Origin: an uncultured bacterium
Lineage (GTDB): Bacteria; SAR324; NAC60-12
Reading direction: 5' to 3'
DNA length: 10,843 nt
Assembly (NCBI GenBank): GCA_964010765.1
Contig: CAXGMD010000093.1
Span: 1-10,843 of the forward strand
This document shows, in pieces, positions 1 to 6,650 of the stretch. The translations under genes were made by a program, and so were the position numbers. The number at the start of each line of letters is the position of its first letter. The stretch's first letter is position 1. The notes below the pieces were generated by a model, which saw only the letters and a list, made by a program, of their open reading frames with translations, did not search any database and was not told the DNA's origin.

Positions 1-116
1 TTGGAAGTTTCTTTGAAACTGCTCATCCATGAACTAAACAACCCTTGAGCGCCAACGCCTAGATAGATCAAAATCATTATAATCCAAACATGAAACAGTT
101 TTTCTGTCTTCCTCAT
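1..116 (-). CDS. Possible 5' end of a secreted or membrane-anchored protein running off the left edge (partial)
   Basis: Minus-strand frame from ATG at 116 is open to the edge: MRKTEKLFHVWIIMILIYLGVGAQGLFSSWMSSFKETS. Basic N-terminus followed by a hydrophobic stretch, like a signal peptide. Only 38 codons are visible and there is no clear RBS. Confidence 0.35.
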   Translation of the reverse strand, partial: MRKTEKLFHVWIIMILIYLGVGAQGLFSSWMSSFKETS

Positions 117-352
117 ATAGAAAATATAAGGCCTAGGATCTCTTTTCAAACCATGTTCAGTCTGTTCGTAGGATCACTGTCAATCCCATAATATTTTATA
201 ACAGTCACCTATCCTGCATCCGTTACCACACTGGCAATATGGTGTGACATTTGGGAATCTTGATTTTAAGTCTCAATCATAGGATAAGTAAATATTTCTA
301 CCTTTCAGGTGGAAGTCTATTTTTTCAAACGTTATGAATCCAAAGGAGACAT

Positions 353-859
353 ATGAAACTAAGATTTTTGAATTCGGTTTTGAAAACTACTTTGCTGACG
401 ACTTTGTTTGGAATAGGTGCTCTCTCGGCAAATGGAGCAGGACATTTACCATCAACATATCAGGTTGAAGGAAAAAATCATGGGCGTGTCGTAGACAGTG
501 TGGTTACAGAGATTGCTCCTGGTTTGATTAGAATTGAAAACGAGAATGCTGTTGTTTTTACATTCTCTGAAACAAGGGAAGATTTTCCCAAAGCATTGTC
601 TGGCACTTGTCGATCTGTTGGCTTCATGAAAACACCAGATCCCATGCCTTACTCAACTGCAGGATTTTGTTACGCTGTTGACAGTGATGGGGATCATTTT
701 TCATTTACCTATCACGGTGATGGTCCTGGTGGGACATGGGAAACAGCTAATGGAACTGGAAAATACGAAGGCCTCGGTGGATCAGGGACACATGTTGGTG
801 AAGCAGGGTTACCAGACGGGTTCATAGCTTCATTTACTGGCCAGAACTCATTCGAGTAA
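353..859 (+). CDS. Secreted hypothetical protein, probable allene-oxide-cyclase/dirigent-like beta-barrel
   Basis: AGGAG RBS before the ATG. Sec-type signal peptide. Beta-strand-rich with two Cys (GTCRS, GFCYA). C-terminal WETANGTGKYEGLGGSG resembles the GGTGxF/YxG motif of AOC/dirigent barrels. Confidence 0.75.
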   Translation: MKLRFLNSVLKTTLLTTLFGIGALSANGAGHLPSTYQVEGKNHGRVVDSVVTEIAPGLIRIENENAVVFTFSETREDFPKALSGTCRSVGFMKTPDPMPYSTAGFCYAVDSDGDHFSFTYHGDGPGGTWETANGTGKYEGLGGSGTHVGEAGLPDGFIASFTGQNSFE

Positions 860-884
860 ACTTCCCAAAACTATTCTACATCCC

Positions 885-919
885 AGGGAGTAGCGTTTTC
901 TTATCGTAACCTACTCCCT
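885..919. other. Stem-loop downstream of the 353-859 gene (possible terminator or mRNA-stabilising hairpin)
   Basis: AGGGAGTAG (885-893) is the exact reverse complement of CTACTCCCT (911-919), extended by GTT/AAC after a 1-nt bulge. No U-tract follows on either strand. Confidence 0.55.
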
Positions 920-923
920 AACC

Positions 924-942
924 AATCACACAAAGCCTCACA
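924..942 (+). repeat. Dispersed 19-bp repeat, copy 1 (AATCACACAAAGCCTCACA)
   Basis: 18/19 identical to 9870-9888. Confidence 0.7.
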
Positions 943-1135
943 TGGCACACCAGAACCCTCCCGCAACTCAGACTATCATCTTGTATTGATCAAGTTTGCC
1001 CTTGCTTCTTTGCAGGTCTTTATCTGGGTGTAGTAGCGTATCACCTGGCAATCCATTTACTGAGGTTGGAAGCATTGGGAGAGTTCGTTACAGTGCTTCC
1101 GTGAACGACTAAATTTGTTGAGATATTTGTTGTCT

Positions 1136-1149
1136 ATAATTTGCATCAT
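1136..1149 (+). promoter_or_regulatory. 14-bp upstream motif ATAATTTGCATCAT, copy 1
   Basis: Identical to 1816-1829. Lies 68 nt before the ATG at 1218, while copy 2 lies 70 nt before the ATG at 1900. Confidence 0.55.
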
Positions 1150-1217
1150 TGAGCAAGCAGACAAGTAACGCATTCTAGAGTGCAAGGTTCTCAGAATTCT
1201 TTAAAACAAGGTCCGCC

Positions 1218-1808
1218 ATGAAAACTCGTAAATTAATTGTACTAATGGCCCTGCAGTTCTTTGTATTCGCTCCAGTAGGGTTTGCTAACCACCAAGGTGG
1301 TGGATCTGGTTTGATACTAGGACTCGGACTACCAGTAGGGTTTGATTCAACAGGTAGTAATGCATCTGGAAGTATGGCAGATCCAGATTCATATGGTGGT
1401 TATAAGTTGTTCATCTCTCCAAGCTTTCTTCCCGTCGCTTTGGCTTACTCAAACTTCACCGCAGACTACGATGAAAGCACAAATACAAGCGTTAAGGGTA
1501 CCGAGAAACACACCATTTACGAGATAGTGATCCGGATTCCACTTGGCGAGTTTGGGATGGGAATTGGCCTTGGAGTCGGCACCGTTGCATTTACCTCAGA
1601 CGATTCCGCTACTAGGGTGGAAGATTCTAACTCGACAGCCTACTCTGTCTCCCTTGTAACACCTCCCCTGCTGGGACCACTGCTCTTATCAGGAGGATTG
1701 GGTGTTATTGATGCCAGTGACTCAGATGTAGAAACAAATGGCACAAAATCAGGGACCTACAATGCCTCTGCAACAATACCTTATCTCGGGGTAATGCTTG
1801 CCTTCTAA
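1218..1808 (+). CDS. Small outer-membrane beta-barrel protein (probably 8-stranded)
   Basis: Signal peptide ending ...VGFA. Amphipathic strands with alternating hydrophobic residues. C-terminal PYLGVMLAF ends in Phe, the typical BAM-recognition signature. Confidence 0.8.
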   Translation: MKTRKLIVLMALQFFVFAPVGFANHQGGGSGLILGLGLPVGFDSTGSNASGSMADPDSYGGYKLFISPSFLPVALAYSNFTADYDESTNTSVKGTEKHTIYEIVIRIPLGEFGMGIGLGVGTVAFTSDDSATRVEDSNSTAYSVSLVTPPLLGPLLLSGGLGVIDASDSDVETNGTKSGTYNASATIPYLGVMLAF

Positions 1809-1815
1809 ATTCTGA

Positions 1816-1829
1816 ATAATTTGCATCAT
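1816..1829 (+). promoter_or_regulatory. 14-bp upstream motif ATAATTTGCATCAT, copy 2
   Basis: Identical to 1136-1149 and followed by an extended -10-like TGaTACAAT at 1847-1855. Confidence 0.55.
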
Positions 1830-1846
1830 CAAGAGCAGAGCCTCCG

Positions 1847-1855
1847 TGATACAAT
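1847..1855 (+). promoter_or_regulatory. Candidate extended -10 sigma70 promoter element for the 1900 gene
   Basis: TGATACAAT matches TGnTATAAT with one mismatch, about 45 nt upstream of the ATG and its GGAG RBS. Confidence 0.4.
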
Positions 1856-1899
1856 TTCTCATCCTCGCAGAAATTTTACTCAAACAATGGAGAACATAG

Positions 1900-2226
1900 A
1901 TGATAAGTGCTGTTGAGGTCCTCACTGCATGGGACAAAACTTTAGAGACTCAAGACTTCGATCATCTCAGAAAATATCTTTCTGATGATTTCCAATTTGA
2001 GAACTCCCAAGGTGAAATCAACAATCTAGAGCATACCAAGACATGGTGCACGGCAGGTGCGTTGCGGATTGGTAACTTTAAGACGATTCGGGAAAATGAG
2101 AACTACATTGTGGCAACCCATGATGTTTCAGAGAGCGACAGGCCAGCATCGAATGTTTTAGTATACGCAGAGCAGGCTGGAGGTAGGTTTACTTATTGGA
2201 GAATCCAGCGAGCGTTTGCCGTATAG
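1900..2226 (+). CDS. NTF2-like / SnoaL-like small protein
   Basis: GGAG RBS. 108 aa. N-terminal VLTAWDKTLETQDFDHLRKYLSDDFQF has the NTF2/SnoaL helix-helix-DDF pattern, followed by beta-strands ending GGRFTYWRI. Confidence 0.75.
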   Translation: MISAVEVLTAWDKTLETQDFDHLRKYLSDDFQFENSQGEINNLEHTKTWCTAGALRIGNFKTIRENENYIVATHDVSESDRPASNVLVYAEQAGGRFTYWRIQRAFAV

Positions 2227-2246
2227 CAAAACAGAACTTCAAATCT

Positions 2247-2271
2247 GAATTTCTGTGGAATTTCTGTGGAA
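2247..2271 (+). repeat. Tandem 11-bp direct repeat (GAATTTCTGTG)x2 plus GAA
   Basis: Exact copies at 2247-2257 and 2258-2268. Confidence 0.8.
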
Positions 2272-2280
2272 ATTCTTCAA

Positions 2281-2329
2281 ACCACTACGCCCCGCCAGCA
2301 GAATCTTGAGAGGGTGAGGGAGTCCCCTA
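2281..2329 (+). repeat. Degenerate ~50-bp GC-rich intergenic repeat, copy A
   Basis: Aligns with gaps to 3511-3557 (ACCA..CCCCG..ATCTTG..GAGGGTG.AGGG.GTC..CCTA). Lies between convergent genes. Confidence 0.55.
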
Positions 2330-2335
2330 TCTCAT

Positions 2336-2764
2336 TCACTCGTAGTCTTCCCAGTTCCAGTTCTTGCCTTCACTAGGGTCATTATCCATTCCGCTGGGAA
2401 AGCTTTCTTGTGTGATAATTTTCCCTTCCAGATAGGTGATCGCCGTCACGACGTTATGATATGCATCAGCAAACCTATTTTTCGCATATCTTTGCAGGCA
2501 TAAAAACACATCGCTTTCGTGAATAATTCGATAGGGGCCGTGTAGGAAATTCTTGTGAATAGACGTAGCAACTCTCTTGTCCATTTCTAGACGAATTGTA
2601 ATACCAGTGACTTCATCCTGAAAAGAGTATTGGGGATGATAGATTTGATCTACTAGCGAAAAGTCCCCATTAGCTGCAAGCCGCCACGCTTTCACAAAAG
2701 CTTCTGCTTTAGTCATTGGTTCCTCAGAAATTTCCCAACCGTTGATGGTGGTCAAAACACTCAC
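2336..2764 (-). CDS. Hypothetical protein, probable NTF2-like fold
   Basis: 142-aa ORF with GTG start. AEAFVKAWRLAANGDFSLVDQIYHPQYSF fits the NTF2/SnoaL N-terminal pattern, and TYLEGKIITQE fits the C-terminal xGKI strand. Acidic/Trp tail (NWNWEDYE). Confidence 0.75.
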   Translation of the reverse strand: MSVLTTINGWEISEEPMTKAEAFVKAWRLAANGDFSLVDQIYHPQYSFQDEVTGITIRLEMDKRVATSIHKNFLHGPYRIIHESDVFLCLQRYAKNRFADAYHNVVTAITYLEGKIITQESFPSGMDNDPSEGKNWNWEDYE

Positions 2765-3185
2765 TCAGTAGCAACCCTTGCTGCAAAAGCTGCAAGGACA
2801 GGCGACCCCAAAGAAGACTCTACGCACTGCTGAATCTTGGCAGAGTTCTTTCTGAGTAGAGATCTGTTACTTTAAGGTCATCTGGGGTCCTTAGAAGTCG
2901 ATTTAAAACTTTGGGCACTCTGTATGGTTGTCGTACTCCATAAGCCCAGTTTTTTCAAGACCCAGTGGGGACTCTACCCTTAATTGTAGAAGACTGAGTT
3001 CTGCAATAAAATCCTCATCGCATAAACCCGTCTATTTTCTGAATTAGGCCAAACGAGTAACTGGTAAGTTGGCCCGCTTGACTATATCTTACGCCAGTAA
3101 GTTGATTTTGAGTGGTAATATTGTTCCAAAATTGAAAATTCAAACTACTCAGGAACTCAATTTTTAATTTTGTGTGGAGATGATA

Positions 3186-3479
3186 ATGGCAGTTGTTGAA
3201 AGATACTATTGGCAACCAACCGATGTGGAAGAATTTGTTAAGTTGCATCGCGAGTTCCACGATAAGCACCTTAAGAAAGCAGGAGCTTCTGACATGACCT
3301 TGTGGCAAGATCGGTCAAATTGGAAGGTCTATATTGCAGAGGTCTGGTTCGAAAACTTCGCTGCACTTGATAAATGGGATGCCCATTTTGAAACAGAAGA
3401 AGCCAAGGCGTTTGGGGCGCGAATGAATGCTGCTGCAACGATCATTGAGCGTCTGCAGTATACGCGTGTTGATTATTAG
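3186..3479 (+). CDS. Dimeric alpha+beta barrel (NIPSNAP/ABM-like) protein, 97 aa
   Basis: GGAG at 3176-3179 favours the ATG at 3186 over the GTG at 3174. Ferredoxin-like pattern with EVWFENFAALDKW. Paralogue of 7725-8021. Confidence 0.8.
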   Translation: MAVVERYYWQPTDVEEFVKLHREFHDKHLKKAGASDMTLWQDRSNWKVYIAEVWFENFAALDKWDAHFETEEAKAFGARMNAAATIIERLQYTRVDY

Positions 3480-3510
3480 CATGCACTGTCTTCGAGATCA
3501 CTAGATCTGC

Positions 3511-3557
3511 ACCAGCACCACCCCGATGATCTTGGGGAGGGTGGAGGGGTCTTCCTA
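3511..3557 (+). repeat. Degenerate ~50-bp GC-rich intergenic repeat, copy B (hairpin-forming)
   Basis: Similar to 2281-2329. CACC-A-CCCC can pair with GGGG-AG-GGTG. Starts about 30 nt after the stop at 3479. Confidence 0.55.
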
Positions 3558-3593
3558 GGCTGAACTTTAGGAATCGGCTCAGTCACGAATTAT

Positions 3594-3617
3594 TGCAAAG
3601 TCAAATTAATCTTTGCA
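3594..3617. promoter_or_regulatory. Inverted repeat TGCAAAG-N10-CTTTGCA upstream of the DUF1326 gene (operator or weak terminator)
   Basis: Perfect 7-bp arms at 3594-3600 and 3611-3617, followed by a T-run and 78 nt before the ATG at 3696. Confidence 0.45.
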
Positions 3618-3695
3618 TTTTTTCTGAAATGCCTTTAAAAAAAGTCTCTCTCTATTAGTTGGGTATTATCACAAGAGTAATTTAATGGAGGCAAT

Positions 3696-4334
3696 ATGAC
3701 CCCTTGGGAAATTCATGGATATTCCGTTACCAATTGTAATTGTGCTTATGGTTGCCCGTGCCAGTTTAATGCACTCCCCACAACAGGAACATGTGAAGCA
3801 GCTGTTGGATTCGTCATTGACAAAGGATTTTACGGTGATGTTTCTCTAGCCGGTCTAACAGCCGGGATGACTGCAAAATGGCCTGGTGCTATTCACGAAG
3901 GCAATGGAGAACGTCAGATCATTATTGATGAAAAGGCTTCTCCGGAACAACGTAAGGCAATAGAGACAATTCTTTCTGGTGGTGATACTGAAGATATGGC
4001 CAATTTGCCTTGGGTTATCAATGCAATGACCTCAACCCACCATGAAACTCTCTACAAGTCTGTGCAAGTCGAAGGTGATCTCGATGAAAGAACCGGACGA
4101 GTCGTCGTAGATGGTGTTTTTGAATTGCAGACAGAACCCATCAAAAATCCAGTTACAGGAGCACCCCATAGAGCAAGGATTGATCATCCAAACGGGCTTG
4201 AATACTCCATAGCAGAAATGGCAAGTGGAACTACTAAGACGATAGGAGGCCAGATAGATTTACCGAATAATAATTCAACACACAGCCATCTATGTGAACT
4301 GCACTGGAACAACTCAGGTGTGATCAAAAACTGA
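3696..4334 (+). CDS. DUF1326 family protein (Cys-rich N-terminus, predicted metal-binding)
   Basis: GGAGG RBS. Characteristic NCNCAYGCPCQF...GTCEA, GFYGDVSLAGL, WPGAIHEGNG, IIDEKASPEQRKAI and PIKNPVTG motifs. Followed by DUF2182, its usual partner. Confidence 0.9.
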   Translation: MTPWEIHGYSVTNCNCAYGCPCQFNALPTTGTCEAAVGFVIDKGFYGDVSLAGLTAGMTAKWPGAIHEGNGERQIIIDEKASPEQRKAIETILSGGDTEDMANLPWVINAMTSTHHETLYKSVQVEGDLDERTGRVVVDGVFELQTEPIKNPVTGAPHRARIDHPNGLEYSIAEMASGTTKTIGGQIDLPNNNSTHSHLCELHWNNSGVIKN

Positions 4335-4369
4335 GTTCTTTATTGCAGATCTATATTTGAGTTGTGGTG

Positions 4370-5266
4370 ATGAATGAGCTTACTGGAATTGAGCGGCTAC
4401 TAGCTAGAGACCGGCTAATCATCAGCATTGCAATGCTTGCAATTTTTCTGATTGCAGCTGCTTACACACTGATGGGGGTCGGTATGTCAATGTCCGCTGT
4501 GGAGATGACATTTGGTGCTAGTGAAATGTCCATGCAGAATATGTCCTCCCGTAGCTCAGGTTCATCAATGATGGAAACGCCTTCTAAAGACATGCTTGAC
4601 GGTGGTATGTCTTCCATGATGATGCCACCGGTTTGGTCTTCTAGCTATGCAGCTTTGGTGTTTCTAATGTGGTGGGTCATGATGATTGCGATGATGCTAC
4701 CGAGTGTCGCATCAATCATCTTGCTGTATTCCACTCTGACAAGGCGCTCTAACCACACTCAGAATCCCTCCGTTTTAGTAGGAACTTTCTTGGGAGGTTA
4801 CCTTGCTGCTTGGGCATTTTTTAGCCTACTGGCAACTCTGCTACAATCAGTTCTGGAATTGAGAGGCTTTGTGTCTCCGATGATGATGTCACTGACTAGT
4901 CAGATCATTAGTGCAGGGGTGTTGATTGCAGCTGGGCTATACCAATTTACACCTGTGAAGGAATCTTGTCTGCAACACTGTCAAAATCCAATGAAATTTC
5001 TCACAGAGAAACGCCGACCAGGTTACAGAGGTGCTTTCCTGATGGGAGTTGAACATGGTGCATTTTGCCTCGGATGCTGCTGGTTTTTAATGGCACTCTT
5101 GTTCGTTGGAGGGATCATGAACCTCTACTGGATCATAGGCCTGACACTATACGTGCTACTTGAAAAGTTAATTCCTACTAGAAATTTCATCAATATTGGA
5201 AAAATTGCAGGAGGACTTCTGATCCTGAGTGGGGTGGGAATCATCATCAATGGCTTTGTGAACTAG
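4370..5266 (+). CDS. DUF2182 family predicted metal-binding integral membrane protein
   Basis: Multi-pass membrane protein with WWVMMIAMMLPS, AGLYQFTPVKESCLQHCQNP and GAFCLGCCWFLMALLFVGGIMN motifs and a Met-rich loop. Start is ATG 4370 or GTG 4364/4367. Lies about 35 nt after DUF1326, so probably co-transcribed. Confidence 0.9.
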   Translation: MNELTGIERLLARDRLIISIAMLAIFLIAAAYTLMGVGMSMSAVEMTFGASEMSMQNMSSRSSGSSMMETPSKDMLDGGMSSMMMPPVWSSSYAALVFLMWWVMMIAMMLPSVASIILLYSTLTRRSNHTQNPSVLVGTFLGGYLAAWAFFSLLATLLQSVLELRGFVSPMMMSLTSQIISAGVLIAAGLYQFTPVKESCLQHCQNPMKFLTEKRRPGYRGAFLMGVEHGAFCLGCCWFLMALLFVGGIMNLYWIIGLTLYVLLEKLIPTRNFINIGKIAGGLLILSGVGIIINGFVN

Positions 5267-5352
5267 AAAGATGATGTTAATGGCAAGGTATGAAGGGTTC
5301 GGCTGATTAATCTGCTCGTTCGGCCGCTTTCTGACTTACTAGGTGCTGGAAA

Positions 5353-5700
5353 TTACGAAACGGATTCAATCATCTCTGCCTGCTGCTCGATTCGAGCAAC
5401 TCCATCCACTGCATCCAACATCCACAGAGCGACATCACCAGTGAAAATTTTTGATGTCTTCGCGAAACCATCCACATACTGAACTTTCTCTGTTAGATCA
5501 CCGTTAACTAGTGCCACTGGCTGGACAGCCAAGGCACCCAATCCACTGCTCTCTAAGACTTTCTCCATTTTGTTAAGATCGAGAAACACCTTTTGGATAA
5601 CTGGACTGAATCACTTTGCGGATTTCTCGATCAACCAAATAAATGCTGCCGATAGCGATGAGTTTTGCAGATAGAAATCTGCAGAGGAGGGATTTTTGAG
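5353..5700 (-). pseudogene. Decayed NAD(P)H-binding (flavin reductase/BVR-B-like atypical SDR) gene remnant
   Basis: DLNKMEKVLESSGLGALAVQPVALVNG...SKIFTGDVALWMLDAV matches the family C-terminus (E..L..SGLDW..VRP..L..G...I.R.DVA..ML) with conserved residues eroded. In-frame TGA at 5613-5611, preceded by SLSAAFIWLIEKSAK. No GxxGxxG N-terminus found. The upstream boundary is approximate. Confidence 0.65.
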
Positions 5701-5840
5701 AAGGGTAATCTTACCTGTACTCTGTCTCGTATTTTTTCCCGATTCGGACAAGCAGTAATATCCTTCTGGTGCTTGTTGCAAAATTTGATTTTTTTGTTTT
5801 CTAAGGGGGTAGATATCAGCCTGTGCAAAAGCGGGGAAAA

Positions 5841-5879
5841 ATATTAAGACATAGCTTGATTTATTATTTCTTCCGATTA
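5841..5879 (+). promoter_or_regulatory. Composite upstream module, copy 1 (ATATTAAGACATAGCTT ... TTCTTCCGATTA)
   Basis: Both blocks recur together at 8075-8112, upstream of another alpha+beta barrel gene. Confidence 0.45.
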
Positions 5880-5960
5880 ATAAGTAGCCTGATCTCTATG
5901 TAACTCGAAAAGCGTCGCTTGTGCAGAGATCTTTTTGATAACTCTGATAGAAGGAATGAC

Positions 5961-6572
5961 ATGAGTGCATACATAATATTGAGAGGATCCCCATATCCAG
6001 GAAGATTAAATGATATGGAAACCAGGATGAGAACGGTCATGGGGGTGATGGCGCAAAAGGGAGCGATCAACTCAAGACTTTTTCGAAACCTTATGGGTGC
6101 TGATGCTGGTGATATGGGAATCGGTTTTGAGTTTGAAAATTTTCATCAGGCGTTGAGTGCTTTCCATGAAGCGAGGCAAGACCCAATGTTGATGGAAGTA
6201 AACAGGAAGCGATGGGAAGATCCAGCTGGGGATATTTCTGGACCAGTTTTAATGAGAGATGTTTACAAACCGATGGATATTACAGCACCGGTGGTTGTTG
6301 TGAGAACATATCAAATGTCCAGAAAGCATTTGCCTGAAATGATTGATATTGTGAAGGAGATTGATTCATTATCAGACAATCAGGTCACTGCAATGGTCCC
6401 CGTGCAACACCCTCAGATGGATAGGATTCATGGCATCTACCATTTTCATTCGTTAGCAGATGCTGGAAAATATATAGATGAGGTAGGTTTAAGCCCGAGA
6501 TTTCAGGAATTGGTCAATAAAGCCAATGAATTAGGTGCTTTAGTTCGATCTGGTATGAATATCAAACTTTGA
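5961..6572 (+). CDS. Tandem two-domain dimeric alpha+beta barrel (NIPSNAP-like) protein, 203 aa
   Basis: AAGGA RBS at 5951-5955 favours the ATG at 5961. Two ~100-aa ferredoxin-like halves with equivalent motifs FEFENFHQAL...DP and YHFHSLADAG...SP. Confidence 0.8.
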   Translation: MSAYIILRGSPYPGRLNDMETRMRTVMGVMAQKGAINSRLFRNLMGADAGDMGIGFEFENFHQALSAFHEARQDPMLMEVNRKRWEDPAGDISGPVLMRDVYKPMDITAPVVVVRTYQMSRKHLPEMIDIVKEIDSLSDNQVTAMVPVQHPQMDRIHGIYHFHSLADAGKYIDEVGLSPRFQELVNKANELGALVRSGMNIKL

Positions 6573-6650
6573 GCTAGCTCTACAAACACTTGCTTTGCCA
6601 TCAAGGTTCCCGGGTTTTAAGTGCAAGCCATCTTCAAATCTAAATATATT

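Noticed and set aside
280..315. AAGTAAAT...CTTTCAGGT as a glycine riboswitch before gene 353
   Set aside because: No upstream GGAGA or CCGAAG elements. It is better explained as a small hairpin (TTCTACCT/AGGTGGAA).
1131..1145. Sigma54 promoter at the TTGCA motifs
   Set aside because: The invariant GG at -24 is missing at the required spacing in both 14-mer copies.
1342..1937. ORFs 1342-1527 (+) and 1749-1937 (-)
   Set aside because: Short shadow frames overlapping the well-supported OMP and NTF2-like genes, with no recognisable motifs.
3015..3308. 97-aa minus-strand ORF
   Set aside because: Antisense overlap with the 3186-3479 gene, which has an RBS and a paralogue. No recognisable motif.
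2994..4349. ACTGAGTTCTGCAATAAA (2994) versus ACTGAGTTCTTTATTGCAGA (4330), an apparent second micro-inversion
   Set aside because: The blocks are only 10-11 bp, overlap each other, and one includes the DUF1326 stop codon. Chance cannot be excluded.
5611..5613. In-frame TGA as selenocysteine or readthrough
   Set aside because: The position does not correspond to a catalytic Cys, no SECIS-like hairpin is evident downstream, and the surrounding motifs are eroded. Ordinary pseudogenisation is simpler.
5631..6070. ORFs 5631-5828 (-), 5665-5847 (+) and 5864-6070 (-)
   Set aside because: Mutually overlapping short frames over pseudogene/promoter DNA or antisense to 5961-6572, with no family signal.
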